A stretch of 62,373 bases of DNA, the filler included. It is 15 parts of 15 records of this genome, joined end to end, with 100 filler letters (N's around TTAATTAATTAA, not from the genome) between each part and the next. Parts side by side here need not be neighbours in the genome. Positions count along the whole stretch, not along the records: positions 1 to 5,991 come from SRR7504441_65344; positions 6,092 to 10,854 come from SRR7504441_65733; positions 10,955 to 14,020 come from SRR7504441_65744; 12 more parts are not named here. One strand, 5' to 3'. A model generated the notes under the pieces. That model was given only the letters and a program-made list of their open reading frames with translations, was not told where the DNA came from and ran no database searches. Below are positions 1-13,188 of the stretch, piece by piece (position 1 is the first letter of the stretch; each line of letters starts with the position of its first letter). The translations under genes and the position numbers were made by a program.

Positions 1-97
1 TTGTGTCAGGTTATTCACAGAACTAGGATAGACGTCACAACATTATACTTGTAGTAATTAGTAGTCTACATTCCATACACTAGCTTATGTCTATGTC

Positions 98-148
98 AGA
101 GTCCACTAATTTGAATTTGTTAGAGTCCACTCACTTGAATTTGTTAGA
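98..148 (+). repeat. 24-nt tandem duplication
   Basis: AGAGTCCACTAATTTGAATTTGTT followed by AGAGTCCACTCACTTGAATTTGTT. Confidence 0.85.
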
Positions 149-307
149 ATTTATAAATAATCATATGCATTTTAATTTTATAATGATCATGATATCGATC
201 GATTCATGAATGAGCGTATACTAAGCGTATACCGTAGCTATAGAGTGTTGAAGCAGTCAAAGTCAACGGTGGCCCCTTTTCAATCTGATTTTGTTCAAGC
301 CTGAGTT

Positions 308-1064
308 CTACTTCTCCTTCTGATCGTCGGGAGTTGGAGATGGAGCTGGAGAATTTTCGTTGCTTGGTTTCACTTGGACAACTTGGGAACCCTCAGCCTG
401 TTGCTCAGCATTCTCTTTCACCTGGCAGGATGCAATGAAGCAGCTGAGATGTTCGGTGGCGTATGTGTGGTCCCCATGGTATGTGTGGCCCTCAGATTGC
501 TCCCAGCAGAAGCACAACAGAATTGTGTCGATAGCGGTCTCAAACACACCCAGGAACATGCATGAAATGCAGTATGCAAGCAGGCCACACACAATCAGTA
601 TGAGGATCTCCGAGGAGATGTCGTCATTCAAATCGCACATGAGCCAACACAAGGCTACAGTGCCTGCGGTGATGAAAAGTTTCCCCAGGAACATCAAATA
701 CATGCTGACCCAGTTGAGCACGGCCACTTGCGACAGGTTGTCCATGATGAAATTGAAGGCCTCGTATGCAGCAAGGCAGAAGGGCTTGCCTTTGACAGCG
801 GTTACGATGTAGGCGTTCCTAGAGATGAACTCCATTATCCGCTTGAAACATTCAAGACAGCACTGAATGTATGATGCTGCCCACCGCAGCCAGGCAACGT
901 CGTCCAGATACTGCGAGAGCCTCGTCTTCACTGAGGTTGTACTTGTCGTATTCATCCATATAGTAGAAATAGAGGTAGATGCCACCAGCAGCACACGCCG
1001 CTACACAAATCACTGAGAGAAATATTGAAGTCCAGACAAAGCACGCTGCACACAGCCTGCACAC
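308..1064 (-). pseudogene. Choline transporter-like (CTL/SLC44/Pns1) gene fragment, apparently internally deleted or frameshifted
   Basis: The C-terminal CTL motifs YIQCCLECFKRIMEFISRNAYIVTAVKGKPFCLAA, FLGKLFI and VFETAIDTILLCF lie in 308-925. An earlier-type TM segment (RLCAACFVWTSIFLSVICV...) lies at 930-1060 in a different frame, and the expected intervening helices are missing. Confidence 0.6.
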
Positions 1065-1533
1065 AGTAGCTGGTCAGAGCCACACACCTATTTTAGGTGT
1101 TCAACTCGTTTTGAGCGGCGAGGGGGTCCATGAAGAACTGCACCAGAGACCGGACTGCAGACGGCTGGGCCAGCCCGCGAGAGCGAGGGCGGCATCACAT
1201 CGCGGCTCTTGCCTGTGCCGGGCTGCGGTCTAGGGTGGAGTCTCTTGGATTAGTCACGGAGTGACGTCGACGGACGACGGTGTTGCCGGGTGTTGCCGGC
1301 GTGCAGGATAGATCTCTTGGAGCACCAAGGCATATGACCGCGTATCACAATCGGCCAGAGAGCGACGGCGTTGTCGGAGCGATCATCGGTTGGCGGTCGA
1401 GTACGTGCATGCAGCTTCATGATGAGCACAACTTTGATCATGAACAGCTTGTTGAACTTGTCCCTGCTGGTCGGCTGGTCTTTTACCTTGACTCCAACGG
1501 TCTTCGAGCCACACATCGCGTGCGGCTGTAAGC

Positions 1534-4068
1534 ATGTTTCGCTGCGTGGCCCGGCTGGCGGCCCAGCGGTCGACCCGACCTGGCAGCCCGGGCAGCATGC
1601 TCCAGCGCTGGATGAGCGCGTCGGTGGCCCGGGCCAGGCGGGCTGGGCTAGCCTGGGCAGGCGGGCGACATCAGCATGAGCCGTAACATCGGGATATCGG
1701 CGCACATCGACTCGGGTGCCGGGCCGGGCCGGGCTGGGCGAGCCGGCTGGCAGGCAAGACAACGCTGACTGAGCGGATCCTTTATTACACGGGCCGCATA
1801 GATGACATCCACGAGGCATCCCGGGGCGGGGCCCGGGGCGAAGGGCAGGCAGGTGCGCGGGAAGGACGGAGTGGGCGCCAAGATGGACTCGATGGACTTG
1901 GAGCGCGAGAAGGGGATCACCATCCAGGTGACCCAGGCCCGCCCCGCCCAGCCAGCCAGGCCAGAGCGCGGCCACCCACTGCACCTGGGGCGACTACTCG
2001 ATGAACATAATCGACACCCCTGGACACGTGGACTTCACCGTTGAGGTGGAGCGGGCACTCAGGGTGCTGGACGGGGCGGTGCTGGTGCTCTGCGGGGTCT
2101 CGGGCGTCCAGTCCCAGTCCATAACGGTCGACCGCCAGATGCGTCGGTACAATGTGCCGCGAATCGCGTTTATAAACAAGCTCGATCGGATGGGCGCCAA
2201 CCCGTCCAGAGTGCTCGGCCAGCTGCGGACCAAGCTCGGGCTGAACGCCGTCTTTGTCAACCTGGCGCCCAAGCTGGAGGCCGAGTTTGACGGAGTGATT
2301 GACCTGGTGTCTGAGCAGCTAGTCAGCTTTGAGGGCCCGAGTGGCGAGAAGGTGGTTCGCTCGCCGGTCCCAACGGACATGCAGGTGCCCGCGCCCACCC
2401 CGGGCCGGCTGAGCCGGGCAGGCGGAGGTGGCGGCGGCGCGGGCCGAGCTGGTTGAGCGGCTGGCGGACGTGGACGATGAGCTGGGTGAGATGTTCCTGA
2501 TGGAGGAGCAGCCTAGTGTTGAACAGCTCCAGTGAGCCACCCACCCGGCAGCCAGCCAGCCGCGGGCAGGGCGGCCATCCGGCGGGCCACGATCGCGCAG
2601 AGCTTCGTGCCGGTGCTGCTGGGGACGGCACTGAAGAACCAAGGCGTGCAGACACTGCTGGATGCGGTGAGGCCCGATGGTGAGCCTGTGGCCGAGTGAG
2701 TTTAGGTGATGTCTTACCTTCCGGCGCCCGACGAGGTGAAGAACTACGCGCTCGACCAGAAGAACGAGGAGGCCAAGGCGACTGGGGGGGGCGGCGGGCG
2801 GCGGCCGAATGCAAGGGCAGGTGGAGCTGGACTGCGGGAGCTCTTCGGATCCTCTGGTGGCGCTGGCATTCAAGCTAGAAGAGGGCAGGTTCGGGCAGCT
2901 CACCTACCTGCGGGTGTACCAAGGCGAGCTGGCCAAGGGGGATGTGGTGTACAACCAGACCAACGGCAAGAAGATCAAGGTGCCCAGGCTGGTCCGGATG
3001 CACTCGAATGAAATGACCGACATCGACTCCGTTGGACCCGGCGAGATCGTGGCGCTCTTCGGAGTCGAGTGCGCCTCGGGCGATACGTTCACCGACGGCA
3101 AGCTGCCGTACACGATGAGCTCGATGCACGTGCCCACCCCGGTGATCTCGCTCGCTGTGAAGCCGCTCGGGAAAGGCTCGGACACCAACTTCTCCAAGGC
3201 GCTCCAGCGGTTCATGAGGGAGGATCCGACATTTAGGGTGCACGTGGACCCGGACAGCAACGAAACGATCATCTCCGGTATGGGCGAGCTGCACCTGGAG
3301 GTGTACTGCGAGCGGATGAAGCGCGAGTACAAGTGCGAGGTGCAAGTCGGCCAGCCGCAGGTCAACTACCTCGAGACGATCACCAGCAAGGCCGAGTTCT
3401 CGTACATGCACAAGAAACAGTCGGGCGGGCAGGGCCAGTTTGGGAAGGTGGAGGGCTGGATCGAGCCTGTCGAGCTCAAGCAGCAAACCAACCAGTTTGA
3501 GAACCAGACTGTGGGCGGCTCGATCCCGCCCAACTTCATCCCAGCCTGCCAGAAGGGGTTCGAGGAGGCCGCCCTGCGCGGGTTCTTGATCGGGCACAAA
3601 GTGGTCGACTGCAAGATGGTGGTCAATGACGGAGCCGCGCACGCGGTCGACTCCTCGGAGCTTGCGTTCAACTTGGCCACCCGCGGAGCGTTCCGGCAAG
3701 CGTTCGAGAAGGCGGGGCCGCAGGTGCTAGAGCCGGTGATGAATCTGGAGGTGGCCGCGCCCACAGAGTTCCAAGGCACCGTGATCGGGCAAGTCAACCG
3801 GCGCAAGGGGATTGTGAACGAGACCGAGACCGAGCATGAGTACGTGACGGTCCGGGCGGCGGTCCCACTGAGCAACATGTTTGGGTACTCGACTGACCTG
3901 CGGTCGGTCACACAGGGCAAGGGCGAGTTCACCATGTGAGGCTCCTCGGGGCGGGCTGACTTGCGGGGCAGGGAGTACTCGCACCACGCGGCAGTCACGC
4001 GCGATGTGCAAGAAAAGCTGATCGCCGAGTACCTGAAGCGCAGGGCCGAGGAGAAGAATTCAAAGTAG
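1534..4068 (+). CDS. GFM1: Mitochondrial elongation factor G1, 730 aa, 9 introns
   Basis: Removing introns 1624-1660, 1716-1753, 1816-1852 (GC-AG), 1928-1964, 2385-2421, 2532-2569, 2667-2705, 2778-2820 (GC-AG) and 3936-3971 gives one open frame. It begins with an Arg-rich transit peptide [13 protein letters not shown] and contains [79 protein letters not shown] and [22 protein letters not shown]. Confidence 0.97.
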
Positions 4069-4296
4069 TAGTAGTATCCTTTTTTCTTAAGCCTATAAGA
4101 CTTCTAATTAGCGGCGTTATCCAACAACCCAATACATCTTGAGTTCATTTACCAAACAATTGCCTAACTATTAAAGTGATGGGTCCCAACTGCCAACTTT
4201 GATGGGTCCTAGAGTAGTCCTAGAGCTAACTGGAGTGCGAAAGCACGAAAGTGCGCCGGCGAATCATCTGCGCAAGACAACACGCCAACGGCTCGG

Positions 4297-5313
4297 ATGG
4301 AGCGGTCCGAGGCCCGGGATGCGGTGCTGGTCCAGTGCAGGGACCTGACCCGCGACGTGGGGGCGCTGGCCCAGGCGCTGCGCCAGGCCCACACCGCGGC
4401 GGCCGGCCATTTCAAGGCCACGGGCACCGGCAAGCCGGCGGCGAACGGGTTTAAGCGGCAGCTGCTCTTCTGCCTGGAGCTGCTCGAGGAGAGCCACGCG
4501 CTGACCGAGCAGCTGTTCGAGCAGCGGGCAGAAGGGCAGCTCGAGCCCTCCGACCAGGCCCAACGGCAGCACGCCGAGCACGCGGCCCAGTACGCCGAGC
4601 TGAGCCAGTGGGCCGCCGCCCAGCCCGAGGCGGCCGGGCTGGCATTGCGGGCCGAGCAGCCGGCGCCGGAGCAGATCGAGGGGCCGGCCGAGCTGCAGCG
4701 GGTGGTCGAGTGGCTGCACCAGCGAGAGCGGACGATCGACTTTCAGATGGGCCTGGTGGCTGAGGCCAAGGCGGCCGAGGCCGCGTCGGGATACTCGCGC
4801 GAGAACTTTTCTTACGGCACCACCCCGTACAGCTCGTGGCGGCAGCTGGCCGAGCTGCCGTGCGTGGCCCAGGCCGCCGAGAGGGCCCGCCGGCAGGGCC
4901 GGTGCTACACTGTGTTTGGGAGCAGCGCTGGCTGGCTAGCGTTCTACGGAGCGCTGACTCTCGAGCTGCCGACTGTCGGGGTCGAGTTGATGGCTTTCCT
5001 GGTGCAGGAGGCCCGGGCGGCGGCTGAGCAGTGCGGGCTGGCCGAGCGGGTGCGGTTCGAGCACGGGGACATGCTGGCGCACGATCTGGCCGAGTGCGAG
5101 CTGTTGATGCTCACTTCGCAGTGCTGGGACCGGTCGCTGATCGAGCGGCTCGGGACAAAGCTGGCCGACCAGATGGCCCCGGGGGCGGTGGTGATCGACT
5201 ACCGGAAGGAGCTCGGAGCGGCCCACCCGGACCAGTTTGAGCTGGCCGGCAACATCCAACTGCCGGTCTCGTGGAATGACAGGTGCCAGTTTTATATCTT
5301 TCAACACAAGTGA
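4297..5313 (+). CDS. Class I SAM-dependent methyltransferase, DOT1-like fold, with helical N-terminus; intronless
   Basis: Motifs FSYGTTP, VFGSSAGWL (motif I-like), GVEL, RVRFEHGDM, PGAVVIDY and LPVSW. Confidence 0.7.
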   Translation: MERSEARDAVLVQCRDLTRDVGALAQALRQAHTAAAGHFKATGTGKPAANGFKRQLLFCLELLEESHALTEQLFEQRAEGQLEPSDQAQRQHAEHAAQYAELSQWAAAQPEAAGLALRAEQPAPEQIEGPAELQRVVEWLHQRERTIDFQMGLVAEAKAAEAASGYSRENFSYGTTPYSSWRQLAELPCVAQAAERARRQGRCYTVFGSSAGWLAFYGALTLELPTVGVELMAFLVQEARAAAEQCGLAERVRFEHGDMLAHDLAECELLMLTSQCWDRSLIERLGTKLADQMAPGAVVIDYRKELGAAHPDQFELAGNIQLPVSWNDRCQFYIFQHK

Positions 5314-5424
5314 GCTACATGTAGACGATTGATAGTCATGCCACTTAATTAAAAAGCTAAGAACAGGTCTGGTAATGACAGTGAGTGTAAATGAGCTGGT
5401 TTAATCCGGCCTATGCGCCTCGGG

Positions 5425-5965
5425 CTAGCTGCCTGCACTACATGCATGCGTCGAGTTCACTGCCTGTTTGAAGCTTTGGTCGAGCATGTTGTTCTCCTCA
5501 ACTCTCTCTTCGTACGCACCCGGCGCCTGCTCGATCGCCTCAATCCACCGGGCCGCGTGCTCGGGCGAGTCGGCCTGGAGCAGGAGCTCCACCCGGGCGG
5601 CCATCGGGTCCAGGCTCGGCCGGTCGGCCACCCAGTCGGGCGCGGCCGGCACACCGACCAGCCTGAACTCGGCCCCGCCCGTCGAGACCGCCTGGATCCC
5701 TGCTGGGACCGGCATGATCTTGCTCACCCGGTAGCTCGGCTCCTTCTTGCTGCACCCCCGGCTCGCTCGGCCCCTGGCCAGCCCGGTACCTGCCGAACCG
5801 CATGGTGCTGTCGAGCGGCTTGAGCAGCTGACAGAGCTGCTCGAACGAGCACAGGTCGGCCGCCCTCAGCTGCCGCAGCCAGTCAGGGTCGGCCTTGCCG
5901 TAGCAGAGCTCCAGGTCCCGACTGATCGCCTGCCAGTCTGTCAGCGGGTTGCCGGGGCCGGTCAC
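5425..5965 (-). CDS. 3' part of a PH-like domain protein (contig-truncated, spliced)
   Basis: ELLLQADSPEHAARWIEAIEQ matches the PH C-terminal helix. A GT-AG mini-intron near 5750-5790 joins the two frames. Confidence 0.5.
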
Positions 5966-5991
5966 TGTGGCGTGTCTGCTTGTCCGTTTAA

Positions 5992-6091
5992 NNNNNNNNN
6001 NNNNNNNNNNNNNNNNNNNNNNNNNNNNNNNNNNNTTAATTAATTAANNNNNNNNNNNNNNNNNNNNNNNNNNNNNNNNNNNNNNNNNNNN
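5992..6091. other. Artificial contig spacer (44 N + TTAATTAATTAA + 44 N); first of 14
   Basis: Identical 100-nt spacers start at 5992, 10855, 14021, 17228, 20470, 23788, 27042, 32099, 35405, 41802, 45463, 50173, 53304 and 58413. The 12-mer places stops in all six frames, as expected of a concatenation linker. Confidence 0.98.
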
Positions 6092-6134
6092 ACGTTAATG
6101 TGCGCTCAAATTTATGAATATTATTGGCAGCTGA

Positions 6135-6978
6135 TCAGCAGCTAGGCACAACGCCCTGAGACTGGATTGTCTTTGTCGCCCGCCAAACTACACGGCGGCA
6201 GCCACTTGTGCTGCCGTCATCACAATCAAAATGTACATCCGCGCTCAGCAGCGCCTGCGACCGCAAGCTCTCAGTGAAGGCAGCACAGCGGCTGGCACTT
6301 TGAAAGAGCCTTTCGAGGCGTCATAGGCTAAAAGGTACGCGACCGAACTCTCGGCTGTGTTAGATAGAGAGACACTCAACTGCCAGCTGCATTAGCGCCG
6401 GGCTGGGGTCCGCTCGGTACCGACTGATCATAGAGCACGTCGCCGCTGAGCATCGTGTCGTTCTGCAGCGCGCTACCGCTCCGGATCTGCTCCGGGAACT
6501 GCGCACAGTTGGCTGCCCGGCCAGAGGTGGGCAGCCACCCAGAGCGTGGACTTGGGATCCAAATCGGAAGCGTAGTGCACTTGGAACGCGATGTACCGGA
6601 TGACCTGCTTCGTACCAGCCAACGGCACTTTGAGCTTGACCTGCAGCTGCAGCCCAGCGGTAACGACAACGGCTGCTGGGCGGGGCACCGTCATGTTGAG
6701 CGCGATGGTGGGCGCCACGGTGCCCTGATACTTGGTGACCGAGAGGCAGGTGGCCACAGCCGAGTCCACGTCCAAATTGGGCGCCCCGAACACCGAACGG
6801 TTCAGAAAGGCAGCCACCCCTGCATAGGCTCGCTCGGGCTGGAGGTGCTACCCACCGAGGACTAAGGCGGTGACGAGCACGAAGATCGGGACGCTGGCGT
6901 AGGCCGAGCGTTGCTCCTACCAGGCACTTCTGAGAGCGCGGCCCGCGGCCGAGAACGCACCGCAGCGGCGAAGGCCAT
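6135..6978 (-). CDS. Unknown ~195-aa protein with an N-terminal hydrophobic anchor, 6 mini-introns
   Basis: Removing six GT-AG introns of 36-48 nt gives an open frame MAFAAA-EQRSAYASVPIFVLVTALVLGVAAFLNRSVFG...GVVPSC-stop. Confidence 0.6.
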
Positions 6979-7121
6979 CCCCCGGACCTGTGGAGGGGAG
7001 CAGCCGCGCCTCTGCTGGCTGCTTTCCTTGTGGTAGATCCGTTGGCCGCGCAACGGAATCACAAGGGCGTTGACGTTGGCAACGCAGTGCAACCACGCGG
7101 CAAGCCCCGGGCTCTCTCTAG

Positions 7122-10100
7122 ATGCCGTCTCAGGAGCGGCAAGCCGAGGTGTGTGAGCGGGGAGGGGCCCTGCCGAAAGGCGTGGCGTCCAGGAGCTTGT
7201 CGCGGCCACCTTGCCCTTCGCCAAAGGCTCAGATGTGGCGCGGCACGGCCAGGTGGACCGGCCCTGCCAGTACCGACTGAACCAGCCGGCAGGTGAACGA
7301 AGCCGCCAGGGACAAGCTGGTGCGCGCTGTCGGGTCGTGGGGGTGGGGGGTTGAACCCCGGGGCAGATCGAGTTTGTGATCCGGTGCAACGAGGACGGCG
7401 GCAAGCGCGTGATAGATGAACTCAAACCGCTGATCATGGGGGCGAGCACCAGGCCGGTCGCATCAATGGCGGCGCTCAAAATCTTGGACGACTGCGCGCA
7501 GCATGGTGGACTACCGTTCCGGGGCAAATTCATGGTTGACAAGTGGGCGAAACGCGTAGAAGAGGTGAAGCCGTTTGCGGTGCGGGGAGCCAACCGGGCG
7601 GGCAGGTCATTCTGAAATCGCATCACCAAGAGGCGCGGAGCAAGGCCGGCGCGTGCGATAAGGTCGGGGCAGGTGCGAAAAACCTTCTGTAACGTGCTGG
7701 TGGGCTGGCAAGCGATGATGGAGTCTACCAACGGGTGGGATTTCGATTCCAATAGAGACAGCACACCCATGAGCACGTCGATTAAAAAGCTGGAGAAGGC
7801 CGGGATCCCGGTGCGCGGCGGGGGAGCGTCTCTCGCCGATCAGTCAAACCTGATGTTCAGTGGGTCCATGTACAACCGTGGTCAGATCCAAGACTCGGGT
7901 GTGCGGCACGGCCGCTATCAAGTCGACGAAGAATACAACGCCGACACGCTAGCCCAGGACGACGCTGCATTCGGGATTGCCCCGGAGGGCGACGAGGCGT
8001 ACGCCTGGGTCCTGCACAACCAGCATGAAGCAGACATGCCCTCGATTGATATTGAGCAGACTCAGGATGACGAGGAATTTGCCAGGGCGCTCCAGGTGCC
8101 GCCATCAGTTGCTGCCCACCGTGGCCCGATTGCTGTGTCTGTGCAGGCTCAGTTTGACAGCGTCCAGAACTCACCGACGGGGCCGGACCTGCCTTCTGAC
8201 CAGGACCTGGAAGACCTGCTGAGCGGCCCAATGCCCGCCACAGTCGCTGGTGAGCCAGTTGCAGAAGAGCCCTCAGGGCGACCAAGCGCGGCCCCACGGA
8301 GTCAGGCCAGCCCATTCGCCTCGGCGCAGCCATCTCGGCGGCAACAACCATCCCAGCAGCAGTCGGCTGGCCAAGATTCTCAGTTGTCCGAGGCGATGGC
8401 TGCCTCCGTACGCGAGCACGGGCAACAGCAGGCCCGGCGGCGAGGCATGTCCCAAGAAGACGTGCAGCGGGACGAGGAGGCAAAGCTTGCGGAGGTGAGC
8501 TGGCCTGCTGTGCACTAGTGAATTTCCGACAGGCCATTCGGCTCTCGATTCAAGAAGAGGAGCGGCGGAAGGGCGAGAAGCAGCGGGAGGACATGGACCT
8601 GGAGCTGGCGCTATTCCGCTCTGTGGTGTGTGCTGCTCAGAGTCAAGTTGTCTCACTGCAAGTGTGCGCAGAGCGACGGCGTGCCTCATGAGCTGCTGGC
8701 CTCAATCAACGTGCTCAAAGAGCTCGGATTCTCACACGAGGGCGCGGCGGTCGAATGTCTTCAGGCTTCCGGGGGGGACCTTGAGCAAGCGATCAACATG
8801 CTGATTGCTCGTGCCAACGACCCTGGTGCAATTTCCTGATGGGTTGGCCCTGAGGTTGTGCTGTGCAGCTTATCAGGGTCAGGGAGGTGGCCAGGGTGGA
8901 TACCCTGGTCCCGGCCCGGGTGGAGCCTATGCGCAACCGCAGGGCGACTACGCTGCGGGCCAGGGCGGATACCCTGGCGCTGGTCCGGGCGGAGTAGCTG
9001 TTGTACCAGTTCCGATGGGGCAGCAGGCTTCTGCAGCTCCCCAGGAAGAGATGAGCGATTTTGACAAGAAACGAGCTGCAAAGAAAGCTGCTGAAGCTAA
9101 AGCCGCCGCTGATCAGAAGGTGGCTGTCTGTTTGGCTGGCTGGCGGGTGACTGTGCACTTTGAAGGCCAAACTGAAGCCTATGAAGGACATGGTGAGTGA
9201 GCTGAAAGAGAGGCTTGGCAGTAGGGATGGCAACAAGACTCATGCCAGCACGACAGACTTCAACCGGCAGTTTGTGCCCGCGGGCCCCAAAGACAGCCAG
9301 GCCTCTGCTCTTTGTGCGCCTGTCCCTATTGGGCCAGGAGCCACGGCCCTGCCAGAAGGATTTGTGCCCCGTGGTGGTGGCAAAGGCAAGGGCAAAGGAG
9401 GCAAAGGAGGGCCACCTGTGCGTGGCAAGGGTGGCGGGCCGCTCCAGCAGGGTGGGAATGGCATCACTCGGGATGCAAGCATCCTGGCCATGATGCGGCA
9501 GCTGCAAGGCAAGAAGGTTGGCGGAGGAGGTGTGCGGCGGGAGGGTGGCGGTGGGAGGGGTGACGCGGACCCTGAGCTCAACATGAACGACGAGCTCAAG
9601 GGTAAATCCAAGTTCTTTGCTCAGGTCAGTTTTGAAGTATTGGTATGGAACGTGAGCCTCGCTGGGACAGGTACAGGAGGACATTGAAAAGTATGGCCCA
9701 CGCCTGCAGGCTCTGGCTCAGGAGATCATGCAATTTGAGGGGTATGATCATGACTCGATCGTCAAGATGTGGCAAAGAGTGGAGAAAGAGATCGAGCCAC
9801 TTGGGGAGCGTGAGGGCGAGGTGCTCAAGGGAATACAAGGCTGGCCACACAGCAAGGTGGAAGTGATGAATATCGCCATCAAGCGGCATGTGGGGCTGAA
9901 GGAGCTGCTTGACAAAATCCGCCGGTGATCTGCCCAGCAGGCCTGTCTGAGCACGGGGCGGCAGCTGGCCTCACGCAGAGATGGAGGCGCCGGCCGAGTT
10001 GGTGCAGCTGGGCAAGGCAATGGATGCGATCATGAATAGGCTCGAGCCCCTCAAACGCAACAGGTGCAGCTGGAGGTAGACCTCGCCTGAGCTGCTGGTG

Positions 10101-10478
10101 CCAGGGAAGCTGACAAGGCCAAATTTGAGAACGCTAACATTGGCTTTGATACCACTCTGGTCAACAAGGTTGGACAATCAACGGTCAGTGAGCCTCATGA
10201 CGACCTGCTTATTGAAAGGATTTTTGTATTAGGTCATTCTCGCTCGCCGGGCCTGCACGCTTGCGCTGGCTTTGGTTGACAGATGGGGAAAGCAGAATGT
10301 GGGCGTGGTCCAGATGCCGCACTTTGTCAGCAAATTGTTGATCGACGCGGCACAGTTTTCTTTCCGAGTGTACCAATGTGCCGGTGGGTTTGACAAGGAG
10401 ACCAAGGCCTTGTTCACCAATGTCAACGAGTGCATCCAAAATGAAAACAAGCGCAAGGAGGCCGCCGGTGGGCAATAG
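7122..10478 (+). CDS. VHS-UIM(3-4)-UBA-Gly-rich-CHUP1 C-terminal-like fusion protein, 914 aa, 14 introns
   Basis: Introns: 7149-7192, 7253-7292, 7320-7366, 7565-7605, 7633-7672 (GC), 8096-8146, 8495-8532, 8626-8671, 8826-8868, 9120-9165, 9625-9670, 9925-9964, 10064-10104, 10184-10232. Removing them leaves 2745 nt in one frame. VHS: ALKILDDCAQHGGLPF...VRKTFCNVLVGW. UIMs: DDEEFARALQ, SQLSEAMAAS, EEAKLAEAIRLS, DMDLELALFRS. UBA: LKELGFSHEGAAVECLQASGGDLEQAINML. CHUP1-like end: FSFRVYQCAGGFDKET. Confidence 0.8.
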
Positions 10479-10983
10479 TGTGCGTAGCAACAATGCGCTC
10501 TTGGGTATTCGGTACTCGGCGCCCTACTCGGCACCCTGAGCGTCTTGCGAGTCTTGAGATTCAATTGGGTACATGATTGTACATGTACGACGATCACATG
10601 CAAGGAATTAGTGAGTTTTAGATCTATAGTAAAAAACTTCAAGAAAGACCATACATTACTTGTGGCCACACTGATGGGGCATCATATACCGAGTCTGCCC
10701 GCCAGAAAGTGCCGTAACGGTTATTATCGTCCCAATTGCAGTCTCTCGTTCGTACAGGAAGGAAGGTTCGCGAAGAGACGCACCTGTCGAGGTGGTTGCG
10801 AGCTGCGAGCAGCAGTGACGCGCACAGTCGGCACCTAGCACACGTGCTGGAATCNNNNNNNNNNNNNNNNNNNNNNNNNNNNNNNNNNNNNNNNNNNNTT
10901 AATTAATTAANNNNNNNNNNNNNNNNNNNNNNNNNNNNNNNNNNNNNNNNNNNNGGGGGGGGGGGGGGGGGGGGGGGGGGAGG

Positions 10984-12660
<1,677 letters not shown>

Positions 12661-13188
12661 GCACCCACGGGGAGCCATCTGTACACGTGTTCATCGTGCG
12701 CTGGGTGGCATCTGGCGCATCTGGGTGGCTTGCTCGGCTCGCGAGTAACAATCGCATGCGAGCTCGTAAGTACTTGTAATTGTCATAGGAAGTACGCTAT
12801 GTGAGGGTTCAATTATATTAAACTCACCGGTGTACTTCAACCTTGCTTGGTAATAACTCGAATAACTGCAGATCGCGCCGTAAAAGAAAATAAAAAAGAA
12901 AAGGAAAAGACGTCGCTCATGAAAACGGAAAAAACTAACGGATTAGATCTGTTGCCAGGCGAAGGCTGTTGCCGGGTGGGCTGGCGCAGACTCGGCGGCC
13001 TGGCATCGGTCTGAGAGCAGCGGGACCGATTCGCCCGGGATCGTGTGCTCGCCTGAGGTGTGCCCGCTCCCCCATCCCGCCGGCTTGGGCTGATGTGCCG
13101 GCCTAAGCCTGACTTGACCCCGGGCGGTTTGGACAGCTTGTCCGGGCTGAACCCACCCTAACCTTCCGAGCCCATTCGGCCGGCCAAG

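Noticed and set aside
1680-2820. Frameshifted EF-G as a pseudogene, programmed frameshifting or an alternative genetic code
   Set aside because: Every break is resolved by a GT-AG or GC-AG intron. TAA, TAG and TGA all serve as terminators and none is needed in frame.
2778-2820. Non-canonical 37-nt GC-AA or CG-AG intron
   Set aside because: The 43-nt GC-AG solution keeps the frame and fits EF-G1 spacing (EEAKVEL) without extra residues.
1624-3971. Uniform introns as an Introner/transposon family
   Set aside because: The introns share length and composition but not sequence, and I saw no terminal inverted repeats or consistent target-site duplications beyond AG|G.
6036-6047. Recurrent TTAATTAATTAA flanked by N runs as a repeat or CRISPR-like element
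   Set aside because: It has an identical 100-nt layout 14 times and stops in all frames, so it is an artificial linker.
10955-10980. Poly-G tract at a contig edge (also 14012-14020 and poly-C at 50273)
   Set aside because: Probably sequencing or assembly breakpoints in G-rich introns; length is unreliable.
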